From the NCBI GenBank assembly GCA_965205485.1, contig OZ242180.1, positions 4,096,001-4,160,000 on the forward strand: DNA of 64,000 nucleotides, written 5' to 3'. Of this stretch, positions 27,112 to 37,234 are shown in pieces (the first letter of the stretch is position 1; each line of letters starts with the position of its first letter). Below the pieces are notes generated by a model that saw nothing but the letters and a program-made list of their open reading frames with translations, was not told the DNA's origin and did no database searches. A program made the position numbers and the translations under genes. This DNA comes from Candidatus Latescibacterota bacterium. GTDB taxonomy: Bacteria; Latescibacterota; UBA2968; GCA-2709665.

Positions 27112-29850
27112 TCAGGGTGTATGTGTTTCCGGGACAAGCGCTTCAATACGAACTGGACATACCTTTAATTCGGCTGTCTCCGTTACGGGATCGTAGCCGG
27201 ATCCTGTTAACACATTTACCGGTACGTCATTGAAGCCAAAACTTGCGAACACGGTGCCTCGAGGTGACTGACGGGTCGCCTTCACCTTGATCCTGATGGA
27301 ACCCCGCGCGCTCGACATCTGACACCAGCCGCCGTCCGAAAGTCCCCAGGCCGCTACGTCCGATGGATGCACTTCCAGCGTCTCTTCGGAGAGAAAATAG
27401 TCCATCCCTGCCGCCCGTCCGGTCTGGGTCCGCGTATGGTAGGCCTGCAACCTGCGACCCGTCGTCAGCCATACCGGAAAGTCGTCGCTGACCGTCTCCG
27501 CCGGATTGCGATAGCGATGCTTCGTGAAGATTCCCCGGCCATTTTCGAACTCGATTTCGTGCAACATCGGCGTGCCTGGATGACCGGCTTCGGGGACCGG
27601 CCAATGATACTGGCCGTGTTCGATCCGGTCCCAATCCAACCCTTCGTATATCGGTGACACGCGGCACAGCTCGTTGAACACATCTTCAGCAGAACCGTAC
27701 TCGAATCCTGGCGTTCCCATCCGTTTCGCAATCTCGCTGATGATCCACCAGTCAGGACGGGCATCTCCGGGGGGAGAGACCGCGGCACGCAGCCGCTGGA
27801 CCCGCCGCTCGGTATTCGTACACGTCCCATCCGTTTCCCCCCAGGCCGTTGCCGGCAGCACCACGTCGGCAAGTTCTGCCGTTTCGGTCAGGAAAATGTC
27901 GATCACAACAAGGTGGTCGAGGCTCTGCAAGGCGTGCGTGCAGTGCGCCCTGTCCGGATCGGAAACGACCGTGTTCTCGCCGTCTATCATCATAGCGCGG
28001 ATCCGGTCGCCGCACAGGTTAAGCGCCGCCACCTTCGTAATCCCCGTTTCCGCTTCCAGACGCTTGCCGTAGAGCCGTGAGAATTTCGCTGCATTCTCCG
28101 GGTCGTCACACGGCTGGAACCCGGGGAATTTATCCGGAATGGCGCCTGAATCGCCCGCGCCCTGGATATTGTTCTGGCCGCGCATCGGATTGATGCCCGT
28201 GCCTTCCCGCCCCACGTTTCCCGTCATCAGCGCGAGATTGCACAGGCTCTGGACATTGTCGACGCCGCAGATATGCTCGGTTATTCCCAGCGTATAGTAG
28301 ATCGCGCCACGGTCTGCCATACCGTACCAGATCGCGGCGAGTTCGATATCCTTCGCAGGCACCCCCGTAATCCGCTCGGCCCACTCCGGGGGATATTCCT
28401 TGACATGCTCGAGCAAGTCTTCAGACTTCACGGTCCGGCTATTGACAAAGTCCCTGTCGACCAGCCCTTCCCGCGCAATGACGTGGGCCATTGCCAGCAG
28501 TAGAGCGACATCCGACCCGACCCGCAACGGAAGATAAAGATCCGCCATCTCCGCCAGCGGAATGCGCCGCGGGTCCGCGACGATCAGTTTTGCGCCGCCC
28601 CGTATTGCTTTCTTCAGTCGCGTCGCCGCCACCGGATGACACTCGGTCATGTTCGTCCCGATGCAGAAAAACACATCGGGCTTGTCCATATCGACCAGCG
28701 GATTCGACATCGCGCCCCTTCCGACCGTGGCTGCCAGACCGGCAACCGTTGGGGCGTGTCAGGCACGGCTGCAGTTGTCTATGTAATTGGTACCGAATCC
28801 GGCTCGGATAAATTTCCCCATCACGTACGCGGCCTCGGTAGGCGCGCGCCCCGAAGCCACTCCGTACGCGCTGAATTTCCCGTGCTTCGCTCGAGCTTCG
28901 CTGAAACCCCGAGCAGCGCGATCCAGCGCCTCTTTCCAGCCCGCTTCGTGCAGTTTGCCGTCTCCACGGCGCACGAGCGGCGCCTTCAGGCGATCGCGGT
29001 GATGCACAAAGTCGAATGCGAATTGCCCCTTTACACAAAGCGCGCCCTCGTTCGCCGGGCCGTCCATCGCGGGCTGGATGCCAACGATCCGCTCCCCTTT
29101 GGTCATCAGGTCCACGGAACACCCCACCCCGCAATACGGGCAGATCGAACGGGTCTTTTCAATCTTCCCCGGTTCACCGGAAGCCCTCAATGCCTTCCTG
29201 TCAGCAAGCGCGCCCGTTGGGCAGGTCTGAATGCACTGCCCGCAGAACGTACAGGACGACTCCTTCAGCAGGCCGTCGAATTCGGTTACGATCTGCGTCT
29301 CGAACCCACGGCCCATCACGCTGATCGCGTCGTCTCCCTCCTGTTCGGCACACACACGGACGCAACGGTAGCAGGAGATACATTTGTCGTAGTCCCGCAA
29401 CAGAAACGGATTGTCGTCCTCCACCTTGCTGCGTCCGGAAAGAGCGCCACTGAACCTTCCGGTGCGCGCGCCGTATCGATCCGCAAGCGTGGACAGTTCC
29501 TGCGAGGCATAACCGCAGAGGGGGTCCACATCGATCTCGGGGTTTTCGGACGCCACCATCTCCAGCAACACCTTTCGATACTTCCGTATCGCATCCGTTT
29601 CCGAACGAACGACCATCCCGGGCGTCGCGGGTGTGGTGCAGGAAGCCGCGGGAGTTCGGGCGCCTTCCACGTCGACCACGCAGAGGCGGCAACCTCCGAA
29701 GGGCTTCAGCCGCGCGTCGTAACACAGGGTCGGCACGGATATCGAGTGCCTTTGCGCAACGTCGAAAATGGTTTCTCCGTCTAAGAACCGGACCGTCTCG
29801 CCGTCAAGGGTCATTGTGCCTGTTTTGCCGCTGTCCATGTCTTCGACCAT
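27112..29850 (-). CDS. fdhF: Selenocysteine-containing formate dehydrogenase alpha subunit (N-terminal 2Fe-2S/4Fe-4S domains); Sec UGA at 28759-28761
   Basis: Two track ORFs are in the same frame across one TGA: DNCSRA-U-HAPTVAGL...GAMSN. Also CPYCGVGC...LCVKG and RGQNNIQG. Confidence 0.92.
28729..28747 (-). promoter_or_regulatory. Bacterial SECIS hairpin
   Basis: GGTTGCC-GGTCT-GGCAGCC starts 12 nt after the UGA and resembles the E. coli fdhF SECIS context. Confidence 0.8.
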
Positions 29851-29898
29851 CACTCTCCGCCTTCCCGGATTCTGGCGTCGCGTCAGCACCGATGGGGG

Positions 29899-31563
29899 CT
29901 ACTTCCGCAACACATGCCTTTCGACCTGATCCGGAAAATACTCCATCAGGCTTTCCGTCACCAGGGGAGCCGCCGTGCCAAGGCCGCACGCGCTGGTGGC
30001 CATCATGGTCAGGCCGATATCGTGTACCTCTGCCCGCCATTGCCCCACCTGCGCCGGCCCGTTGACGCCGTTCAGCCGCTCCACCAGCCGGCGCGTGCCT
30101 ATGCGGCACGGAAAACACTTGCCGCAAGACTCGTCGGCAAAAAAGGCCATCGCGCTGTGGGCAACCTCGACCATGTCTCTGCTGTCGTCGAAGACGATGA
30201 TGCCCCCGGCGCCCAGAAAGGACCCGTAACCTCGGAGGCTGGGTTCATCGAGCGTCGCTTCCAGCGCGTCACCGGCTACAAAGCCACCCGACAATCCCGC
30301 CATGGTGACCGCCTGGATGTTCCGGCCGCCGGGGGCGCCGCCGCCCCAATCGTAAAGCAGCGTTCTCAGCGGCAGGCCGAAGGGGACTTCGTAGTTGCCC
30401 GGACTCTCGATATCGCCCGACAGACTGATGACTTTGGTGCCTGGCTGGCCGTTCAATCCAAGACTCCGGTACCAATCCGCGCCCTTTCGGACGATTTGAG
30501 GTACGGCAACCAGCGTTTCAACGTTGTTCACCGCAGTCGGCAGGTCCTCGAACCCGTGGGTTACGGGATAAGGCGGCCGGTTTCTCGGGAACGGATGTCT
30601 GCCTTCCAGGCTGTTCAGTAACGATCCCTCTTCGCCGCACACATACGCCCCTCCGCCGCGCCGGATGTGTATCCGGAAATCGAAATTCGTCCCCAGAATG
30701 CCATCGCCAACCAGACCGGCGGCCTCCGCTTCTTCGATGGCGCTTTCCAGAATGCTCAGCGCTTGCGGATATTCGTACCTCAGGTAGATGAACCCCCGCG
30801 TGGCGCCGGTTGCGTACGCGGCGATGACCATACCCTCCAGTACCGCGTGCGGATCGTAGTCCATCAGGGCCCTGTCCTTGAAGCAGCCGGGTTCTCCCTC
30901 GTCGGCATTGCAGACGACCGTTTTCGGACCGCCTGCGGCTTCGGATACCGCCTCCCACTTCGCACCTGTGGGAAAGCCGGCGCCTCCGCGTCCGGCCAGC
31001 CCGCTTTCCGTGACACTCTCCACGACCTCTGCCGGCTCCATCCCGGATATCGCTCTCTTCAGTCCGCGGTACCCGTGTGAGGCGCGATACCCTTCGAGGT
31101 TCGAGCGGTTCGGCGCGCGAATATGTCGAAAGACGCACTCCTCCAGCCGGCCGGGGTTTTCCGCCGGCAGCGGCGTCGGGTCCTCCCTCATGCGCCGCGC
31201 ATCCGTCCCCACGAGAACCCTGTGGTTCTGAATCACCGGAACCGGTTCATCGCACCTGCCCGCACACGCCATCGGGGCGCCATTCAGGGCATCGCACATC
31301 TCCCGCGCGCCGCGAAGCGCACAAATCGGCCCGGTGCAAACGCGGAATCCATCAAGTCCGCCGGGCTTGCGGGAAATGTGATGGTAGAAACTTACGGTAC
31401 CGAACAAGTCTGCCAGCGGCGTATTCAACCCGGCGGAAATGGCCCGGATGGCCTCATCAGAGACATATCCATCCCGATCGTGGAACGCGTGCAACAGCGG
31501 CAACAACGGCGCAGTTTCGTCTTTCCAGCGTCGAACCAGTTCGGCGTCCGAAGGGTCCGCCAT
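29899..31563 (-). CDS. NAD-dependent formate dehydrogenase diaphorase subunit (NuoE-NuoF fusion)
   Basis: VSFY, CTGPIC...CAGRC (NuoE-like); SGLAGRGGAGFPTG, NADEGEPG, YVCGEE, ESCGKCFPCRIG (NuoF-like). Confidence 0.92.
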   Translation of the reverse strand: MADPSDAELVRRWKDETAPLLPLLHAFHDRDGYVSDEAIRAISAGLNTPLADLFGTVSFYHHISRKPGGLDGFRVCTGPICALRGAREMCDALNGAPMACAGRCDEPVPVIQNHRVLVGTDARRMREDPTPLPAENPGRLEECVFRHIRAPNRSNLEGYRASHGYRGLKRAISGMEPAEVVESVTESGLAGRGGAGFPTGAKWEAVSEAAGGPKTVVCNADEGEPGCFKDRALMDYDPHAVLEGMVIAAYATGATRGFIYLRYEYPQALSILESAIEEAEAAGLVGDGILGTNFDFRIHIRRGGGAYVCGEEGSLLNSLEGRHPFPRNRPPYPVTHGFEDLPTAVNNVETLVAVPQIVRKGADWYRSLGLNGQPGTKVISLSGDIESPGNYEVPFGLPLRTLLYDWGGGAPGGRNIQAVTMAGLSGGFVAGDALEATLDEPSLRGYGSFLGAGGIIVFDDSRDMVEVAHSAMAFFADESCGKCFPCRIGTRRLVERLNGVNGPAQVGQWRAEVHDIGLTMMATSACGLGTAAPLVTESLMEYFPDQVERHVLRK

Positions 31564-31649
31564 TCCACACTCCCTATCGATGCCAGATTGGCAGAAAATA
31601 ACGCCCACCGGCTTCCTGCCGGCGGGAGACGCACGTATTGACCCGGGAT

Positions 31650-31678
31650 AATATAGACAAGATAAATGTAGCTGTCAA
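31650..31678 (-). promoter_or_regulatory. Sigma-70-type promoter of the fdh operon
   Basis: TTGACA-17 nt-TATATT. Confidence 0.7.
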
Positions 31679-31914
31679 GGCGGGTTACGGCAGGTCGAAT
31701 CTCACCATTCGGAGTTGAATTTCGCGTCGACCCGTTAATGCGGATTGGCATTGCAGGCTGAAATTTGGCGGGCGGCGGCATCGGTCACAAAGGACTTGGA
31801 AACAGACTGTCCGGAAATTACAATTGTGGACGAACGGAAATACTCGGCCCCGCATCCCGGTCTTCGCCGGGCAATGCCACTGATTTTCCCTAAACGTCGT
31901 TCGAGGAGGTTCAG

Positions 31915-33129
31915 GTGAACTTGTGCGGCACGAACTGGCCGACTTCCACGGACGAGGAAGTCTACTGGCAGAAGATTCGCACAGCCTATATGATCGCCGA
32001 CGATGAGATCTATCTCAATACCGGCTCCGTTGGCGTGCAGCCCAAGCGTGTCTTCGACAGGATGATTGCAATCCTGACGGATGTGGAACGCAGCCCGATC
32101 CGGAATCGGGCGAAACATGCGTACGCGGTGGATGATAGCCGCCGCCGGTTGAGCGACTTTCTTAACGCCCCGGTGGAGGACATCGCGTTCACCTGCAACG
32201 TCACCGTATCCATCAATATGGTAGTTAACGGGCTGGACTGGCGGCCCGGTGACGAGATACTGGCCTCGAACCATGAATACGGCGCAATCGACCATTGCCT
32301 CCATCAGGCGGAACGACGGTACGGGGTTGTGGTCAAGCGTGCCAGAATCCCGCCGGTTGCCGACAATCCCGATGTGATACTGGATGCGTTCGAACCGGAA
32401 TTTACCGCTCGCACCCGGCTGGTACTCTGTAGCCACATCTTTGCCCGCACCGGCCTGATAACGCCAGTCGGAGCGTTGGCCCGCCTCGCCCACCGGCGTG
32501 GCGCAATGATCGCGGTCGACGGGGCCCATGCTCCGGGTATGATCCCACTGGACCTGGATGCCCTCGAATGTGACTTTTACGGCGGCAACTGCCACAAGTG
32601 GCTGTGCGCGCCCAAGGGTACGGGATTCCTTTACGTGTCGCCACACGCACAGGAGCGTTTGAATCACGTCATCGTAAGTTGGGGATACAGCCGCGAGGGT
32701 CCGATACGATGCGGGGACGGAACGCTTCAGATCAACGACCGTCCGTTCATGTGGGGAATCGAGAACTGGGGCACCCGCGATCAGGCCGCTTTTGCAGCGG
32801 TCGGTGAAGCCGTCGATTTCCAGGAACAGGTTGGCAAACGCCGAATCCTGCGTAGAGGCCGGAAACTGGCTGCTTATCTGAGGGAACGCATGGCGTCAAC
32901 CGGCTGGGCAAGACTTCTCACACCGTCCAGGGCCGATATGTCCGGTTCAATCTCGGCATATCACGTCACGGGATTCGAAAGCCTCGACCTTTATGAGCGA
33001 TATCGGATCACCGTGCCGGCGGAACGAATTGACAGCGCACACCGGATCCGTGTGTCCACTCACATTTGCAACGGTTTCGACCATGTCGACCGGCTCATCG
33101 AAGCCCTGCGCGAACAGCGTCCCGGTTGA
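31915..33129 (+). CDS. PLP-dependent class V enzyme (isopenicillin N epimerase / C-S lyase-like)
   Basis: YLNTGSVG, VDGAHAPG, GNCHKWLCAPKG, WGTRD; GGAGG RBS. Confidence 0.85.
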   Translation: MNLCGTNWPTSTDEEVYWQKIRTAYMIADDEIYLNTGSVGVQPKRVFDRMIAILTDVERSPIRNRAKHAYAVDDSRRRLSDFLNAPVEDIAFTCNVTVSINMVVNGLDWRPGDEILASNHEYGAIDHCLHQAERRYGVVVKRARIPPVADNPDVILDAFEPEFTARTRLVLCSHIFARTGLITPVGALARLAHRRGAMIAVDGAHAPGMIPLDLDALECDFYGGNCHKWLCAPKGTGFLYVSPHAQERLNHVIVSWGYSREGPIRCGDGTLQINDRPFMWGIENWGTRDQAAFAAVGEAVDFQEQVGKRRILRRGRKLAAYLRERMASTGWARLLTPSRADMSGSISAYHVTGFESLDLYERYRITVPAERIDSAHRIRVSTHICNGFDHVDRLIEALREQRPG

Positions 33130-33611
33130 GTATCGAATCACGGCACGTTCCGCAAACATCAGCTCAGCACGCCGAACCTGTTCGCATAAGTTCACCAAAC
33201 GCCGCTGACCGCCGCCATTCAGGCGCTCCCAACCCTCCTTGAGCCAGCAATGTCAAGGGTGTCTTCCATGCAATTCGCTGGCCGCGGTCGACCTCCGGGT
33301 ATGCCGAAATATCCGCAGGGGATCCGTGGGTTTCTGTTGCGGATTCAGGCGAACGCGGTGTACTGGCCGTGCCGCAGGCTGAGAATTCGAAACGAGATTA
33401 TACGTGTAAGTGTCTAAAATTCAACAAAATAGGGAAATTTTCATCCAAGTACATTAAAAACAACTAATTACATGAATTCCCGGGTATTGAATTCCGAATC
33501 CCGCCGGGCGAAAATTCGTGTAACTTCTAGTAAATTTTTTCCTTGCGGCAATCGGCACTTTGGGTCTATATTATGTTTCGGCACGATCGGGCGTGTCAGA
33601 CGGGAGGAGAA

Positions 33612-33941
33612 ATGACAACAACCAAAAAGGATCTGGCGCTCGAAATTTCCGAACGGCTGGGCGTCAAGAAGCAACTCGCCTACGAGGTTGTAGACACGCT
33701 TTTCAAGGCAATGCGCGAGAGCCTGATTTCCGGCGACCGCATCGAGATTCGGGGTTTTGGTGTACTTGGCGTAAAAAACACCAAGCCCAAGCCTGCGGCG
33801 CGGAACCCCCGGACAGGTGAAATCGTTTACGTGCCCGCACGAAAGAAGAGCTACTTTAAAGCGGGCGTACTCATCAAGAAGGCACTTCACCAGCCGCTGG
33901 ATCCGTCGAGCCAGGAGGAATCAGAACCCCTGCGCCGCTAA
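33612..33941 (+). CDS. Integration host factor / HU family DNA-binding protein
   Basis: TKKDL, IEIRGFG, ARNPRTGE; GGAGGAG RBS. Confidence 0.92.
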   Translation: MTTTKKDLALEISERLGVKKQLAYEVVDTLFKAMRESLISGDRIEIRGFGVLGVKNTKPKPAARNPRTGEIVYVPARKKSYFKAGVLIKKALHQPLDPSSQEESEPLRR

Positions 33942-34038
33942 CAGGATCCAGTTCCGGCTGGACCTTCGACCCCGGGTTCGATCGTTACGGGAGTTTGTAA
34001 GTCCGGGGTTTCAGCAGCAATCTCAGACCGAACGCCGG

Positions 34039-34073
34039 AAGCGGAGCGCCAGAGTCGCCACTCCGCTTTTTTT
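34039..34073 (+). terminator. Rho-independent terminator
   Basis: GCGGAG...CTCCGC stem followed by T7. Confidence 0.6.
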
Positions 34074-34225
34074 ATTGTCCGAAATCAGCGAACCGCGACA
34101 TTTGCGCACGGCCGGCCGAGCGGCACGGGTTCTTCGCACGTGCGTACCAGGGCCTTCGCGTATCGTTCTTCCGGGTCCATCCTGAGGTTGTCCGATCGAG
34201 CGCACGGTGTTCCTGCCCCTCGGAG

Positions 34226-35635
34226 CTAATGGAATACGACCATTTTCAATTCCGTCATCTCCTCCACCGCGTACTTCGGCCCTTCCTTGCCCATCCCGCT
34301 GTCTTTCAATCCACCGTAAGGCATCAGATCCGCCCGCCATTGCGGGCCCCAGTTCACCATAATGTTGCCCGACTGCACCCTGTTTACGAACTGCATAGCG
34401 TGGTCGAGGTTCTCAGTGAACAGCGCGGCCGACAAACCGTAATTGGTGTCGTTGGCCGATGCGATGGCCTCGTCGATTGTATCGAATCGGGTCAGCCCGA
34501 CGGCCGGACCAAAGAGTTCGTCGCATGAGATCCGCATTTTGGGATCGACGTCCGCTACCACCGTTGGCGCGTGCAATGTGCCGTCACGGTCTCCGCCCAC
34601 GATTACCCTTGCGCCGCCCTCTCTGGCCTCGCGTATCCAGGCGCCAACCCGCTCGGCATCTGCTTCACGTATCATTGGCCCCATCGCAACCGACTCATCC
34701 AGCTGATTGCCGATTTTCATGGCCTCCACCTGAGGCTTCAGTACGTCAATGAAGTCCTCGTACACGTCCTTGTTGACCATGACGCGCTGCGCCGATATGC
34801 ATACCTGCCCGGCGTTTGCGAACCCTGTCGCGGTCGTGGCGGCGGCCACCTTGTCCAGATCGGCATCGGGCATTACGATCAGTGGGGAATTGGACCCCAG
34901 TTCCATCGTCACTTTCTTCAGCCCCGCTGTCCTGCAAATCTGCTCGCCCACGTCTCTGCTGCCGGTGAACGAGATCTTGCGGACCCGGGAATCTGACGAG
35001 AGCAGATCGCCGATTTCGCCTCCTGGCCCCGTGATGCACTGCACGGCTTCGGCCGGCGTGCCTGCATCCAGAAGGACATCCACGAGTTTAATAGCGGAAA
35101 GCGGCGTGTCGGTGGCCGGTTTAATGATCACCGAGTTTCCGGCCGCCAGCGCGGGTCCCACCTTGTGACAGACCAGATTCAAAGGGAAATTGAAGGGGGT
35201 AATGGCCACGACAACGCCACAGGGAACTCGAACGGTAAATCCGAACTTGCCCTCCGCACCTGTTGCGCCATCCAGCGGGATGGTCTCGCCGTAGAGTCGT
35301 TTTGCCTCTTCGGCCGACAGTGTCATTGTATCGACTGCCCGTGCGGCCTCCCCGCGCCCTTCGGAGATGATCTTCCCCTCCTCGGCGGAAATGGTCTGCC
35401 CGAAATCCTCCTGGCGTTCCGCCATCAATTCAGCAGCACGGTGCAGAACCCGGTATCGTTCGTGGGCCGGCATCGCCGCCATTATTCCGGCGCCTCTGGC
35501 CGCAGTCGCAAGGGCGGCCTGTACGTCACCGCTGCCGGCGCGAGGTACCGTATCGATAACCGAGCCATCGTACGGGTTCAGCACCTCGACTTTCTCGTCC
35601 TTGTCCATCCAGCGGGAATTGACGAACATCTTCAT
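34226..35635 (-). CDS. NAD(P)-dependent aldehyde dehydrogenase
   Basis: ITPFNFP, FTGS, MELGSN, GQVCIS, ELFGP, YGGLKDSG. Confidence 0.93.
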   Translation of the reverse strand: MKMFVNSRWMDKDEKVEVLNPYDGSVIDTVPRAGSGDVQAALATAARGAGIMAAMPAHERYRVLHRAAELMAERQEDFGQTISAEEGKIISEGRGEAARAVDTMTLSAEEAKRLYGETIPLDGATGAEGKFGFTVRVPCGVVVAITPFNFPLNLVCHKVGPALAAGNSVIIKPATDTPLSAIKLVDVLLDAGTPAEAVQCITGPGGEIGDLLSSDSRVRKISFTGSRDVGEQICRTAGLKKVTMELGSNSPLIVMPDADLDKVAAATTATGFANAGQVCISAQRVMVNKDVYEDFIDVLKPQVEAMKIGNQLDESVAMGPMIREADAERVGAWIREAREGGARVIVGGDRDGTLHAPTVVADVDPKMRISCDELFGPAVGLTRFDTIDEAIASANDTNYGLSAALFTENLDHAMQFVNRVQSGNIMVNWGPQWRADLMPYGGLKDSGMGKEGPKYAVEEMTELKMVVFH

Positions 35636-35712
35636 GATCTTGCCTCCTGCGAAATGACAAGTGAGTCGGATCCAGGCCGCTTTTCAACGGCCCACGGCCG
35701 GTGCACACACCG

Positions 35713-36633
35713 TTATGTTCTCTTGATTACGACAAGACTGATATCGTCGAGAGGTTGGCCGAAGTCGAGTACGTCCACCTTGATGGCTTCGAATATTCCG
35801 CGGGCCGAGAGTTCCTTGACCCCGCGGAGCATGTCCTCGAGCCGGTCGGGGAAATATTCGTCGTCGCCCCGGCGATGGTCCGCCAGCCCGTCCGTATACA
35901 GCAGCAGGATGTCGCCCGAGCCCCGCAACGTCCACTCGTTGATCTCATATTTTTTCTTGAAGCCCAGCACACTCTGGATCGCCTGCCTGTCTATATCTTC
36001 CTGTGACGGCAATGTCCCGATCGGTGGAAAGGTCACAAACAGGTCATCGCTGATATCCATGATTCGATTCTGCAGATTGGAGAAAACGATCGGCATAGGA
36101 TGGGCGGCAGAAAGAAATTTGAAGGTGTCGTCCTCGCTGATCTCCCCATAAATCATCGTCAGAAACTTGCTGACGCTGGAAGAATTGTAGATCCGGGTAT
36201 TCAGATTCTCGAACAGTTTCTCCGTGATCGTACCGAACTGGTCCAGTTCGTAAATAGCGCCCAGCAAGAAGGCCTCGTGCAGCATTCCGGCCAGCATCGC
36301 GTCCGTTATCTGATGTCCGGATACGTCCACGAGGGCGATTCCGGCCATCCGCTGGCATCTCCTCAGATTTGCTGCTACGGTTCCGCGGCCTTCTTCCTCC
36401 GCCTTTTGTATCCGTGCCTCCAGATCGTACCGTTTCTTGAAATCGACGTAGATGATGTGATCACCGCCGATCAGGCCGTCAAGCGGAATCGTCTCTCCGT
36501 AAATGTCGATTCCCTCTAATTTCGGGATTTCACCCGAAGGCGGCTTGATGTGCTTGGCGATTTCCTGAAAATTCTGCAATTCGCCCGTAAGGCGGTGCAG
36601 AGACTTGATGACATCGATCGACGATTCTTCCAT
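35713..36633 (-). CDS. Stand-alone PP2C/SpoIIE-family Ser/Thr phosphatase
   Basis: IGGD, VDVSGH, SAAHP, LYTDG, DDISLVVIK. Start uncertain. Confidence 0.85.
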   Translation of the reverse strand: MEESSIDVIKSLHRLTGELQNFQEIAKHIKPPSGEIPKLEGIDIYGETIPLDGLIGGDHIIYVDFKKRYDLEARIQKAEEEGRGTVAANLRRCQRMAGIALVDVSGHQITDAMLAGMLHEAFLLGAIYELDQFGTITEKLFENLNTRIYNSSSVSKFLTMIYGEISEDDTFKFLSAAHPMPIVFSNLQNRIMDISDDLFVTFPPIGTLPSQEDIDRQAIQSVLGFKKKYEINEWTLRGSGDILLLYTDGLADHRRGDDEYFPDRLEDMLRGVKELSARGIFEAIKVDVLDFGQPLDDISLVVIKRT

Positions 36634-36790
36634 GAACGAACTCCAGACGTACAGGGAACCGCGGAAATCGCGTTCAGATGAAGATACGAAAAGTCTCCTG
36701 TCGAAACAACAGCAGAACGGCAACAACGTGAAAGAGGGACATCCGTTGAATAACGGTTGTCCCTCTTCGGATGCTGCCGTGTATACCGGC

Positions 36791-37051
36791 TCAGCTATCG
36801 GCTTCTTCCTCAACTTCCGCTTGACCGTTGGACGTCAGGTATTCATACGCCTTGTTCAGGACCAGAATCGCTTTGGGTATATCGTTCACCCTCAGGCTGC
36901 TGGAACGTTGCCACTCGCCCTGCTTGTCCCGGTAGCTTCTCTGGAACGAAACGGTACGGACGTTGAAGCTGTCCTTGCCGCGGCTGTATTCGTTGTCGAA
37001 TACGGAAGCGCTGCATGAACCGTGTCTGAACGTGATCTCCGGCTGCGCCAT
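36791..37051 (-). CDS. Small conserved hypothetical protein (possible PC4-like nucleic-acid-binding fold)
   Basis: Strong AAGGAGGTG RBS; FQRSYRDKQGEWQ...LRVNDIPKA beta-hairpin plus helix pattern. Confidence 0.7.
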   Translation of the reverse strand: MAQPEITFRHGSCSASVFDNEYSRGKDSFNVRTVSFQRSYRDKQGEWQRSSSLRVNDIPKAILVLNKAYEYLTSNGQAEVEEEADS

Positions 37052-37234
37052 GGTTTCCACCTCCTTTCCTCGGTTGTTCCCATTCCCGCCTCGACGATCT
37101 GGCCGGCGTTGCGAGGCAAAGCGCCTGCATTTCCGCGAGAATGGATTCTTGCACGAATTCGGAGCCTCCCGCCCACAGACGCTTGCTGTAATCCGTGTTC
37201 GGCCGTGGTCGTTTGCTCAAGGCTTTCGGGCGGG

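Noticed and set aside
28711..28761. Formate dehydrogenase as a split gene or pseudogene
   Set aside because: The single in-frame TGA is at the catalytic Cys/Sec position and is followed by a SECIS.
31915..33129. Cysteine desulfurase or Sec lyase partner for FdhD
   Set aside because: Lacks the IscS (SSGSAC) or SufS (RxGHHCA) catalytic Cys loop; looks CefD/C-S lyase-like.
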